Positions 10,161 to 22,614 of a DNA stretch of 64,000 bases are shown piece after piece. The first letter of the stretch is position 1. Each line of letters starts with the position of its first letter. The stretch lies in the NCBI GenBank assembly GCA_964106915.2, contig OZ066918.1; one strand, given 5' to 3'. The notes under the pieces are model-generated. The model worked only from the letters and a program-made list of their open reading frames with translations, was not told where the DNA came from and searched no databases. Source of the DNA: Podarcis gaigeae. Lineage: Eukaryota. A program made the translations under genes and the position numbers.

Positions 10161-12409
10161 TGGAGCTAGAATTAGAGTTATACCAGTTTATCTAGGTTTC
10201 TTAGGCCTAGACTATGCTATCAACAGCCATGAAGGATGCAAGTATTGCAGGACTGTACCACTTCAGACAGCAGGTAGGGGATCAAACATATACCAGCACA
10301 AAACCCCTGAGCGGAGAAAGCAAAGCCTTGATTTCCCCTCTTTTGTACTCCTCTTGAATTCCCATTGAACTAGAAGAACATTTAAAAAATAATTCATGAA
10401 AACAGACCAGGCAATTTTTAGAACTTCATAATTCTAGGGGTGAAATTTGGTTGTGGGGCAGTGGGGGTTAGTGCTGTCCTCTGCTACTGATGCGCATGTT
10501 AGCTACACACCCTGCCAATGGCGCATTCTGCTAGGACGTGCAGTTATGCATGTGCGTTGAGAGCTATCATAGAAGGCTATGCAGCAGCTCTGTGCATGAA
10601 CATGTGTGTGCACTTAGAATTCCTTCAGACGCTGGCCTAATGTGCAGATGGATGAGGCAGTGGCAAGGGGTAGGACGGGTCCATGTGGCCCTGCAAGAAT
10701 CCCCATGCATTCCTTCAGTAGGTGGGGAGCGTCATCTGAACCCTTCAAGAAACATGCATTCCAGAGACCCAATTGCATCCCAACAGAAAGAGCAGAAATT
10801 ATATAATGGACAAGAGAAATTAGAGCAATACTTAGAGAACATTTAGGAACATGGGGCTTTTATTACTCCCACATGATACTGTACAGATGGAATCTAGACA
10901 CATATTTCTAAAAAAAACAGTGTGAAAATGCTTTTTTAAAAAAAGCATTTTGAAAAAATATTGAATTTGCCATGAGCTCATCATTGCCAACTAGTGTCAC
11001 ATTTGCGTAATGCACTTAAAACTCACTTAAAACATTATATTTGCAGCTGTATAGCTAAGTCCTGTATCTTTAAGCATAGCACTTTACCAAACACGGTATC
11101 TACTTAACGTTGTCCCAAAATTTAATTTATTATAGACTTAGCTCATTGGCTGATGTCTGGCCAAAAATTAAAACTGGCAAGGGGAGATGGAAGGAATCAC
11201 TTGCCTGGTGATAGCAAAAATAATCATATTGGAGGAACAACACCTATAATCTGCAGGGCTTATTATTCCTCCAGAGCAGGCTATAGCAGCACAGAATCAT
11301 AGGCAGGCTGTCAACAATGGCTACTCCCCAAACTGTAATAGAGGAATGTGATGGTCATAGTGAAGTTTAGAATGGGATCTGGGTGAAGGGTTGTTAAAAG
11401 CAGGACAAGGTGCATGGGGATATTTTGGGAGACAGGTGTGGGGCTGCCAGATGAATTTATTTATTTATATATATATAAATTATTTATAAAAAATGAATTG
11501 AAAATAAAAAGGAGCTGATGACTGGTTTGCTGGATTGATAAAATAGATCAAAGTGCTTAATTGGGTTGCTGTTTTGGACCACAGTTGTGACCCCTTACTA
11601 CAAAGTTCTGATTATAATCGATCAAATGTGGTTCCAAATAATAAAGGCTGCTACCTGCGCCAATTCTAGTGGAGACCTGGATTAATGGAGCTGAGCCATT
11701 GCAAGGAGAACATATAGCATGGACTTTACTATAGATTTCTTTGTTTATAACCATCCACAAGTGCAGGCATTTCTCTTGTCCCATAAAGAGTATATTTGGA
11801 AGTTTGGGTTGCCTATATTCCTCACTGCAGAGGACTTAACTCAAACACCTAGCTATTTTTCTTTAAAGAGACCCTATTTAGGCAAGAGTATTATACCTCT
11901 TATCAGGCTGTCTTCTTACATAAGCAGGTTGAGGTCACGTAATAAGGATAAGCCCCACAGGAAAATGTAGATGTTTCTTTAAATGGCACTGATGACTCAC
12001 AATGTGACATTTCCCCCCTGAGTCACTATGGAATGAATTCTGCCATAGTGTCTGGGCAGGGAACTGAGCAACTAAAAGAGCTCTTTAAGGTGAAATGATA
12101 AGTGGTTATAAGATATTTCTTGGGTTCCCTTTCAGTCCTCAGGCCCTGGCTAATTTCTTTTTGCCTGCAGCACATTAAGAAATAAATGTTCCCCACAGCT
12201 TTTGTTAGGGAAAAAAGTTATCTCAACTTCACAGCCCTTTGGAAACAAAACAGTCTTGTAAGTCATGCCACATTGGCTTGGTTTTCAACCCATAAAATTT
12301 CTGGAAGCAGTGAAGGATAGATGAATAGGGCAAATGGGGCATTGCCCCACCGACTCCTGTCTATCCTCAGCCAACCCCCATCCAGAGTGGAGCACTTAAG
12401 AATGCATCC

Positions 12410-12815
12410 CAGAGTCTTTGTGATGTCAGCAGCCAGAACTTACTGGAACTCAGTTCTGGCACCTCTCAGGTGGGCAGCATTGCCATTATAAGAGGAGGAG
12501 GAGGAGGAGAAGAAGAGTTTGGATTTGATATCCCGCTTTATCACTACCCGAAGGAGTCTCAAAGTGGCTAACATTATCCTTTCCCTTCCTCTCCCACAAC
12601 AAACACTCTGTGAGGTGAGTGGGGCTGAGAGACTTCAGAGAAGTGTGACTAGCCCAAGGTCACCCAGCAGCTGCATGTGGAATGAGTGGAGATGCGAACC
12701 CGGTTCCCCAGATTACGAGACTACCGCTCTTAACCACTACACCACACTGGCTCCCAGAACAAAGGAGGCATTCATGGTGAGTTTAAACACCTCTTTTTCT
12801 AGAAAAATAGTACTG
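12410..12815. mobile_element. hAT-like MITE split by a SINE
   Basis: Left half (CAGCCAGAACTTACTGGAACTCAGTTCTGGCACCTCT...CATTATAAG) resumes after the SINE as AGAACAAAGGAGG...CACCTCTTTTTCTAGAAAAATAGTACTG; left boundary approximate. Confidence 0.55.
12492..12755 (-). mobile_element. Squam3-like tRNA/CORE SINE
   Basis: Minus strand GGGAGCCAGTGTGGTGTAGTGGTTAAGAGCG (A-box), GGGTTCGCATC (B-box), CORE-like GGGTGACCTTGGGCTAGTCAC, (TTC/CTC)n tail; near-identical copies at 23.3-24.1 and 55.8 kb. Confidence 0.9.
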
Positions 12816-14609
12816 CCCCTACTTGTCTACTGCTTCACATCCAGTTGGGAGATGGCTCTGTCTGTCATTGGCTCTGGCTCCACCTACTGTTGGTCTCCTT
12901 GCTTTCTGCCCTGTCAATCCCAATGAGCACCACCCACCACTGATGGCAGGTGATCAGTTCCTGTCTATATTGCAGTCCCTGCAAAACTGGGTGATGAACA
13001 GGGTTGGGAAGCTGTTTTAGTCTACCCCTAGAAATACATATACAGAGCGAATGCTGTGGCTCCCGCTTCACTAAGGAGCATGAACACACATGAAGCGACC
13101 AGTTTAATCAATGCTAGTGAAAAGCTACCAAATGTGGAAATATGGCAACATTTCCCCTTCCATGAACTTTTGCTTACAGGGTCAAGGAAGGTTGTGCCTT
13201 TCTGAAGTGTGAAATCTGTTAGTTACAAGTCATGCAAATAGGACTGAGATGAGCGTAGGGATTGGTGGAATGGCTGCTGACATCACAAAGACTCTGGTGG
13301 CACTCTAAAGCTAGCAAAGACAATGATACTTCTGCATACAGTTTCAAAGAGAAAAAATACTGGCTGAAGACTTATAGGACCTCCAACTGCTATCAGATAC
13401 TTTCACCTATCAGTTTCTCTTCAGCAATGCCAACAAATCAATTCAGAAGGAAAAGGAAGAGTCCCAGATGAAATGATAAAAGATTGCGCAAAATAGGCAA
13501 GGAAAGGGGGAAGATCTTTTTTCTTATGGAAATTATCACCATTCCCAATAAAAGGAACAATGATTACACAAGGATTAAGGCAAGGTAACAATTGTTACTC
13601 AAACATTTCATTATTGCACTGTAGTCTGGAAATGCCAAACACAGACCTGAGGTACAATTGCTGTTTCTAACATCAGAATTACCTGGTTAAAATTCAGCTG
13701 CTCTGCGAAGCAACTAAATCTGCTCAACACCATCTGGCAGCTACGAAGTGGGGGGCAGGGTGATCTACTTTCTGCGCAGGTATAATTAACTGATATTTCA
13801 CTAGCAGAATGCAGTACGAGACATGAAATACACATCCCATTTAAAGCACTGACTTTCTGTGACATAGCTATATGAGACCTTCAATGTTTCAGTTTTAATA
13901 TTTCTGAAGGCTTTGATTTCATTAGTGTAGCCAGAGAAAGTGGTAGAAGGGGCAGCCTGTCATGTCTACAATAAAGTCTATTAAATATAAAGGCGCTGAA
14001 ATAGCCATTCACTTTATAATGTATTGCACAGTGCAAAACATGAAAGGTTGGCCACAGAACACATTTTCTGGAGAGCTTCAGATAAATCTGCTACTTATTT
14101 ATCTCTTACACCGATCAGTCAATGGTCATACTGGGGGCTGCAGTCCCACAACATCTGGAATGTGGCAGCATCTTCATCCCTGAGACCCTTAAATTTACAA
14201 TATGGACAGCACAATGGCAACGTCAGAGAAAGGAAATGGGAAGGTCGCTAAAGGAGCAAATTGAATTTCTAAAGTGTGATATGGGACTTTCCTTCAATGA
14301 ATTCATAAGGGGTTAGTGAAGGGGAAAACTACTTGCCTGGGGTGTCTTCCCCCTCCTCTCTCTGTCACTCCAAGATTGGTTCTATTTCTGCTCCTGTTGA
14401 AAGTAACATAGATGCCAGAAAGTTGGGTAAGACGGAGGAGTCCTTTATTTAAAATATTTATATGCCACCCTATGTCCAGAATTGTTTCTAATCTGGTTCC
14501 CAGTAATAGTTTATTTGTGGAATTATTTATTTAGTAGAAAGCTTTCTCAGCTGCAAAACAACCCTCACAAGGCAGTGTACAATTCTAAAGTAAAACATAA
14601 CAACGTATC

Positions 14610-15020
14610 TGTAATGGTTGTGAGGGGTTACTTGTGCGTAAATTGCCTTCAGTTTAGTTAGTTTGCTTGCCTAACCATGCTTAGGGTCAGAGCTCGCCCT
14701 CCGTGACCTGTTAGTCACTTGCAGAATCCGAGAGTGGGCGTCTCTTGAACCTCTTCCAGCATAAAAGCTGTTTGACCCCGAGTCTCCTCCTCTGTTCCCT
14801 GCGCGGAACGCGTCTGCGCAAGTAAGGGGAAGGCAGGGGCGTCCCAGCGCTCTCTCCACTAGTTTCGGGTGAAGGGTCTTGGAGCCCTGTCACCAATTCC
14901 TCCATCTCCCTCTCTTCTCTATGGGTGTTACGTTGAAATCCTTCCCCCCTGCTAGTCCCCTCTCCGGCATCGCTCGGGAGCCCTGCCTCCGTTTCTTGCT
15001 CTGATGGCAGTTCCCTGACA
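14610..15020 (-). mobile_element. Solo LTR (411 bp), probably Ty3/Gypsy-type
   Basis: TG...CA termini (TGTAA / TGACA), exact 5-bp TSD GTATC at 14605-14609 and 15021-15025, GC/CpG-rich against AT-rich flanks; strand inferred from the open frame. Confidence 0.85.
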
Positions 15021-15199
15021 GTATCATATCATCCCTTTAAATACGTGCACCCATTAAAAGGAACAATACAAAATGATCCGCAGTGTAGCAACTAATGAAA
15101 CACAGACTGTAATAAAAACGTTTTTAATATTACAGCCATTTTTAAAAACAACAGCAACAACCCTAATAAAATACGGAAAATAAACCACAGCAAACAGAA

Positions 15200-15345
15200 G
15201 CATAGAGATGCTTTCAAAACAGAGAGGTTTTCACCTGGCACTTAAAGGATAATATTGTTGGTGTCAGGCTAGCCTCCCTGAAAAAAGGCATTAATAACTG
15301 GGCCACCACAGCCCCAGCGGCCCTCTCCCGAGGGTCTCTGCACCT
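15200..15345 (-). mobile_element. Old, diverged L2 fragment (its AT-rich tail probably continues left of the LTR to about 14510)
   Basis: GGTTTTCACCTGGCACTTAAA...GGGCCACCACAG...GGCCCTCTCCC resembles the reverse complement of the L2 ORF2 end seen at 15.6-15.75 kb. Confidence 0.45.
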
Positions 15346-15469
15346 TCACATACTGGATGTTTGAAGGAAATGGGAGACCTTGTCTGAAGCCCCTGGCCCA
15401 ACCAAGACACAATGTCTTCAGAGCATCAGAATTTCTCCTGAAGAGGAAATATTCCTAAGCGCATTTCCT

Positions 15470-15864
15470 AAGTACGTTTCCGAGCACAATTCAAAGTGTT
15501 GGTGCTGACGTTTAAAGCCCTAAACGGCCTCAGTCCAGAATACCTGAAGGAGCGTCTCCACCTCCATCGTTCTGCCCAGACACTGAGGTCCAGTGCTGAG
15601 GGCCTTCTGGTGGTTCCCTTGCTGCGAGAAGCTAAGTTACAGGGAACCAGGCAGAGGGCCTTCTCAGTTGTGGCGCCCGCCCTGTGGAACGCCCTCCCAC
15701 CAGACGTCAAAGAGAAAAATAACTACCAAACTTTTAGAAGAATCTAAAGGCAGCCCTGCTTAGGGAAGTTTTTAATGTTTAATAGGTTATTGTATTTTAG
15801 TGTTTTGTTGGAAGCCGCCCAGAGTGGCTGGGGAAACCCAGCCAGATGGGCGGGGTATAAATAA

Positions 15865-15912
<48 letters not shown>
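15470..15912 (+). mobile_element. Young L2 LINE 3' end
   Basis: Translates FKVLVLTFKALNGLSPEYLKERL...RAFSVVAPALWNALP (L2-clade ORF2 C-terminus), stem-loop tail, then (TTA)n. Confidence 0.9.
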
Positions 15913-15913
<1 letters not shown>

Positions 15914-16639
15914 GCATCATCTAAACTGACCACCCCTCCCCATTTTGCCTGCTGTGCAAAGCCATCTGGAGGATGTTACAAGCAGTCGGCTGGATTTGGA
16001 GGTTTCTGCAAAGGAGAAATACCTTTCAAGGGAAAGCGTAAGACTTTTGATGAAGCTTATCAGACTTTATCAGGGGGTTCCATTCACCCCTAGATCAGAA
16101 ACATCGTGGGAGCGCAGGAGCAGGGTGTGCTTGCTGCAAAAATTACTCTGGCTCACCTTGCTCTCTGTATGAACAATTGTAGCATCTGCCTGCCTGCCTA
16201 CGCACTGGGCTTTGCTGACGGTGGGCATAATAAACAATGTTTATAACTCCCATAAGAGGTGGAAAGCTGACATTTCCTAACCCACACTACTAGAAAGAAG
16301 AAAGTGGGAATTTCCCCTCAACCTGACACCACCTTCCAAAATGTCAGCAGCAGCCGGAAGCATATTTGTGACTGAGAATGCAACCTATATTTGCTAGTAA
16401 TTTGGTCAGTCATCAGGTATTGCTTTTTTCATGTACCAACATTTCAACTGAATTCATATTAAGTCACGTTAAAAAAAAAATCAGTATATTTTTCTCCTCA
16501 GTTTTAACTGTCCAATATCACCAATACATTAAAGATGGACTGAATTTCTAAATATATTCTGTAAAGTCCAAAATCAAGCACGTGAGATTTAGGAGAGGGA
16601 GACAACAGGCAACATATAGTTGTATAACTTCGATGTTTT

Positions 16640-17230
16640 AATCAATGTCCACACATTCATTGGTGTACCTATTATAATGCACTAGGCATTGGAAGGCAAT
16701 ATTTATAACAAATATTTAATGTGGATTCAGTGATTAAATAGGCAAATTTAATTTTGACGACCTTCTCCCCCCCCCCCCCCGCCAGGTAATCAATGAAGAA
16801 ATGATTACATGACAAAACTAGAGTGCTTTTATTTTATGAAAAGGCAAATCAAACAGAGAAACTTCACCTTTCAATTGAGCAATACTGATGAATGCACAGA
16901 CCGTTTCCCAGGGATTAATGGACAGCTGAGACAGTTGATGGCTGGAGGCTTTTGCCTTGGGCCATTAACCCCAGGTGGTCATTAATTTTGCTAATAATGC
17001 CATGTGTCTTGATCATTATTGCGCTTCTACCATGATGGAGTAGCAAAGGTTCCATTTGAGAATATTAAAATATGCATTAGAAAAAATAATTTTTTCAAAC
17101 CTCCTGGTTTGGTAACCATGACACAGAACAAAAGAAGCCAATCGCCTGATTAAAGTAATTTAGTGGTTTCCATCTGTTTTATTTAAAAAGCTCACCAGCA
17201 GCACCTTTTTTCTGTTTGTGATCTGCCTGG
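16640..17230. promoter_or_regulatory. Candidate conserved non-coding element
   Basis: TE-free; TAATCAAT, GGATTAAT, CATTAATT, paired E-boxes CAGCTG/CAGTTG, RFX-like GTAACCATGACAC, CCAAT. Confidence 0.4.
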
Positions 17231-18004
17231 TAGAACACTTATACTGGGAGTAAACAGCCCAATCCTGAGGGCTGCTCCACACTGCACATCTATCAGCTGA
17301 CAACTGCAACATCCTATGACAACCTACATGAGTGAATGGGCCATCCTAGATCAAACATCCGAGGTAGAACTCTGCATCGCCTTGTGTACAATCTATTTCC
17401 AGGGAGTCATTTCTCACATTTGGTCAAGTTCACTGTAGCCATATATAAATCAAATGAGATGCCCATAGATGTGGGAACATGCTCTGGGAACAGTGACACC
17501 AGTAACTGAGTGCCTAGGATGGGGCAAAATGGCAATCATATCAATGTTAGGTTATGCCGAGGTTGCAGGCTGATCTTGAGTCACTGCACTAGCCAAGGAA
17601 GATAGATTCCAACTGACACAGATAATGGTGATGCTTAGGACTGAACGTGGAATCTTCTGCATGTGATCTACCTGTGAGTTATGGTCTTTATGGCTGTGAG
17701 ACAGATGCCTCGGTCAGACTCGGTCAGTATGCATGGAAGACTAGGAAGGCAAGTGTTCAGAGAAGGAAGCAGAACCATGGACAGCTCCAAGTAGCATTGT
17801 GCAGAGTTCAGGCTGACTAGATAACAGCATTGAAGAGCAACAGGCTTGTGAGGATATTGCTCGCTTGAAGGTCTGGGTCCAAAAGAAGGCTTACAGGCCA
17901 GCCAAATTTCCTAGGCCTGCCCTTTCATCCTACCAGACACATTTTACCAGACACATTCCACCAGAGCAGTTCTTATGAGAGTAATTCTTGCACCTAGTCT
18001 TCTT

Positions 18005-18340
18005 CAGTGCTTTTTTTCTTTTTCTTTTTTAAAAGTTAGAGGTACTCTCATTTTGACTCAAGAAAATCACTGGGAAAGGAAATGAAGTTGCCATTGGAGG
18101 TGGTAACAACAAAACTGACCAATCACCGTGATAGATTCCAACTCCTACTTCACATATTAAACGCTCACTTCCATCTGAGACTCAGGAAACACCGTGACAG
18201 GAAATGAGGCTGTCATTGGGGGTAGCAATGGAACTGATGATTCAGCATGCTAGAGAAGAAACTAATTTTTTTTAGTTTCTTCTCCCGTTAGATTCACAAA
18301 ATGTTTAGGGGTATTGACTATAATTGTTTTAGCCAGAAAA
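18005..18340. mobile_element. Degenerate hAT-like non-autonomous element with internal direct repeat
   Basis: Starts CAGTGCTTTTTTT; GTTAGAGGTAC / GTTTAGGGGTAT repeated near both ends; GGAAATGA.G.TG.CATTGG.GGT repeated internally. Confidence 0.45.
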
Positions 18341-18421
18341 TCTCCAGCCCGTTCTGAGATTGTTTATTATGTCCAGAAAATGTGACAAACTTAACCACTG
18401 GCTGTCCTGAGGTATTCACCA

Positions 18422-18550
18422 AGAATCATACAATCATAGAATTGTAGAGTAAGGAACTATGATAATAATCTAGTCCAACCCCCCTGCAATGCAACTTTAT
18501 CCAATTTAGAGCTCAAACCCACAACCCTGAGATTAAGAGTCTCGTGCTCT
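18422..18550 (-). mobile_element. Short SINE: tRNA(Lys-CTT)-like head fused to CR1-type 3' tail
   Basis: Minus strand AGAGCACGAGACTCTTAATCTCAGGGTTGTGGGTTTGAGC resembles vertebrate tRNA-Lys(CTT); tail ends ATTCTATGATTGTATGATTCT. Confidence 0.75.
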
Positions 18551-18852
18551 TAATCCTGAAGACATAATATTTAAAAACAAGGTCTCTGACTTCCCAAATT
18601 TTCTGAAATCTAAATGTTGAGATCATCCACATCGATATATATTTTTTCTAATTCCTGATGAGAAGTGATTTTTTTAAATCATTTCTGCTAAAAATGCAAA
18701 CAATTCTCATACATTATATGCAATACCACACATATGGCATAATATGCATAGTAGATACATGCACACTCTAGGTTTTCTAATGTAACACATAAACAGATAC
18801 CATAATACATATAACCATATAAGATGCTTTTGTATCGATTATTATAAAAGTA

Positions 18853-19354
18853 CAGTGGTACCTTGGTTCTCAAAGGCCTTGGTACTCAAACAACTTGGAA
18901 CACAAACACTGCAAGCCCAGAAGCAAGTGTTCTGGTTTGCAAACTTTTTTCAGAAGCTGAATGTGCTCTGTTTTGAGTGTTACACTTCCAATTTGAGTGC
19001 CATGCTTCCGTTTTGAGTGTTACGCTGAGGGATGCCTGTTTTTGCTATTTATTTTGCGTTTTTGTTTTTGAGGCTTTTTTGGTTAGTTTGTTTCTGTGAC
19101 TGTGTGGAACCCAGTTCAGCTACTGATTGGTTGATTGTGTGACTGCAGTACATTGTTTATTGCTTTCATTTTATGGATCAATGGTCTCGTTAGATAATAA
19201 AATTCATGTTTAATTGCTGTTTCAGGGATTGTTTTTAAAAGTCAGGAACGGATTAATCCTTTTTGCATTACTTTCTATGGGAAAGTGCGCCTTGGTTTTG
19301 GAATGCTTTGGATTTGGAATGAACAGATTAAGTTTGAGAAACAAGGTACCACTG
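18853..19354. mobile_element. Tigger-like MITE (about 500 bp)
   Basis: TIRs CAGTGGTACCTTGGTTCTCAAA / TTTGAGAAACAAGGTACCACTG, TA duplication on both sides. Confidence 0.92.
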
Positions 19355-19401
19355 TATGCTACAGAGATATAGTAGTGCATGCAGCTTTACCCATTTACTG
19401 T

Positions 19402-19440
<39 letters not shown>
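19402..19440. repeat. (TC)n(AC)n compound microsatellite
   Basis: Direct reading. Confidence 0.95.
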
Positions 19441-22400
19441 GTATTTTTTCCTACAATTTTGCATTTCAGACAATGCACAAATGGCTTGGACACAAGCAGC
19501 TGTTAGCTGCAAGAGATAGTCTGATGCAGGCAAAGCTCAGTTGGTTTAGGAGCACCAGATTCATTGCGTAAATCAATTTAAAATGGACTCCTCCTCTATC
19601 CCTATCTTTGTTGAGCAGGAAATGTCTGCATGAGGTTTTCACTTACATTCACTTGAACATGAGTAGAGCCCTCTAGGAGATTAGTAAGGTGATAAAGCAG
19701 GGTCTTCCCTGATCAAGTGGAGGGTCCTACTGATGTTCATGAGAATATCAGCAATTACCCACAAAGGGATAGATGTGTTGGCGCCAAACCATGCGTATGC
19801 CGTTCTCACCATTTTTGGAGGGAACAAATTTGCCACACCCCTCCTCCCCTGGAAGAAGAGGAGAAGTGGTATCTCCCATGGGGGAAACATTATGGTTTGA
19901 TGGTTGATTTTGTCCAATGGGGAGAGGTGGTGACAGGCTATTTAAGCTTGTTCCGCCCCACACTTGGTTGAATCTGACTACTTAATTGGTCTTGTAAATC
20001 CTCAAGTTGTCATATTTAATAAATATAACCTATTTATCCACATTTTTTGTCTTCCTGGTGTGCTGGTAATGTGCCCTTGCCCCACTTTTAAACACTGTAT
20101 TTTCAGATAGATGGTTGAATGTGGCTTTTGTTCTGACACATACTTAGAATTATCTTGTGCCTTCTCCTTCAACACAGGCCCCAACATCTCAGGACTGCCT
20201 CCGAACATACCATGTTCCTTACTGGGTTTAGATCTACCTCTTTTTCAGGTTACCTTTTTTAAAAAAGAACTTTTGTACTAGCTTATCTGCATGAATACAA
20301 AATATATTAGAATAAATTATTTTCAAATGAATGTAAAAGCTCGAGGTTTTTCGACACTGGGATGATTAAAGTTGATTATCATAGCTAAATGTTGACAATA
20401 TAATATATTCCCCAATTATGCCTCTGAATACTAAATCTTACATTGCAAATTATTTGCTTGTCATTGAGCTCCTTTTGCTTAAAAATAGTGTCTATTAAAT
20501 ATAGTTTTTTAAAAAAAATTCAACTCGTATGCACCAAAAGAAGAAAGAAAATGTGACCATCAGTATACCAGTAACCCAGCAGTCCATCACTACATCACCT
20601 GGTCTACTTGTGTATAGGTTATTATTTTAAATGAATGCTGGGAAAAGCAATGGAGGAAGGAAAGTTTCAGATGGGGGTTTCAATCTTTGTAGCTGAGCTC
20701 TAAGGTCACTGGTTGCAGGGATGCCACAAGACCTTCACTCGGTTTTGGCATGTTTTCTTTGAGCACAAATATACTACACTATGGCCCAGGAGTCTACATG
20801 CTGTTATTATGTCAGGACACATTACCAGCAAATGAGAGGAAAACATGTCTTTCAAGCATCCTAGTGCTGATATTTTCAGATAAACTGAAATAGTTACTGA
20901 GTCTGTCCACTGATTTAAGAAACTTAGGTGATCAATCTTCTTTTAATCAATTAAATAAATGTGCACGTTACAACTTCTATAGGTCTCTTTTTGAGTTAAT
21001 GAAGCTAGTTTGAGTGAACTTACAATTTGCTGTGTGATCTACGAGTGTCTACTCAGTACTAAGGCCATTAAGTTCATCAGGGCTTACTCCTAGGTCAGTG
21101 GCTAAGGGAAACTAGCCCCAGTAAATAAAAGCTATGCTCATTATTAGAAGGAAAGGCTCTCTTTAATATTTTCTTTCTCCTTCCTTATTAAATAAACACA
21201 GCAGAACCTCCAAAGACTAAAAAATAAAGAAGTGTTGCCCTTGTGCCTCAGCTCCACCAAGTAATCAACTAAACCTTTGGTTGATTAATCTACAGATTAA
21301 ACAAATGAAAGTGTGCAGACCTAATGGAAATGAATAACTGGCTCAGGTTAATGATGAACAATTGGCTGGTCTCTCAGATCTCATTAGCCTTTAGTGAGTG
21401 TCATCAAGAAAGCAGTCATTTGGGTGAGCCTTACAATAGCCTCATTTTTCTGAAGACTGCCTGGTTTCTGCAGTCAACTGAAATGATGTGCTGGAGTAGG
21501 AGAGTGGGGCCTCCACAATGCAGTAGACATACATACTTTCTGGTAAATACCAAATCACATGAATTGGTCCTCCACATGATTTGCAATTCATGCTGAAGGT
21601 CATGATCACACCAGGGAATATTTCATGAGAGAGGGAAGAGGTCTGCACCACATTCCACAACATTTATTTCAGTGTTGTCTTAGCTGAATTAGGAGTGGTG
21701 TGCATGCATAGGTATTTCCAAAGCACATTGGAATCCTCAAAGCTTAAAAATAAGTGATGCAGAAGCAACAGGTTATAAATAAAAACTGTCTGCTCACGAA
21801 TCTTGATCAGATAGATTTCACGAGTGGTAGACAGTAATGTTCTCTGTCACTCAAAAGCTATTAAATTCTAACTCAGCAAACAGGCCTAAATAAATAAGGG
21901 CAAGATTTGATTTATGTTTCATGCTAGAATGACATCTTTGGGAGAGCTTTTCTTTGTTTTCTGCACATCTGAAGTTCAGAAAAATGCATCCCAGGTTTTC
22001 AGTAGTTCAAAGGAAAGAATTGTGTAGTGTTGTTCACCTACTATGTGGTTGTATGTAGAACAAACTGTGTATTCATTCCTTATGTAGACAGCCCTAGCGT
22101 CCTGACTTCACAATACATTAATGGAATCTATATTTGCAGTAACTATCCAGGAAACAGATGCTTGAGAATAGAACTGCGCTGGTGGCAGCAAACACAGACT
22201 ATGGGACATATGCTGTTGTTTATTATCCTACAGAAATTGAAAGGGGGAAGGCTTTGAGAGGGAGGAATTAAGTATGCCTCATTAGGGCTTTATAATTTTA
22301 TGGGTGAAACTTAATTTTTGCAAATTTCTTCAGTGAGGGGGTCTTAAAAATATATTTCTTGGTGCAAAGAATTCAAATCTGCTTTTATTTATGTGATTGG

Positions 22401-22484
22401 ACAACATTTAGCTTGGTAAGTCTACATTTGATGAAGAAGCACAGAAACTGCTTTTGGAAAACCAAAGAATTATAATGCTACCTT

Positions 22485-22614
22485 NNNNNNNNNNNNNNNN
22501 NNNNNNNNNNNNNNNNNNNNNNNNNNNNNNNNNNNNNNNNNNNNNNNNNNNNNNNNNNNNNNNNNNNNNNNNNNNNNNNNNNNNNNNNNNNNNNNNNNNN
22601 NNNNNNNNNNNNNN
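22485..22614. other. Assembly gap (130 N)
   Basis: Run of N. Confidence 0.99.

Noticed and set aside
15800-16093. Poly-Leu ORFs resembling signal peptides (also at 46292 and 53493)
   Set aside because: Translations of (TTA)n L2 tails.
18505-18550. tRNA-Lys-like sequence
   Set aside because: Partial, mutated and fused to a CR1 tail; a SINE head, not a tRNA gene. The same applies to the other A/B-box heads.
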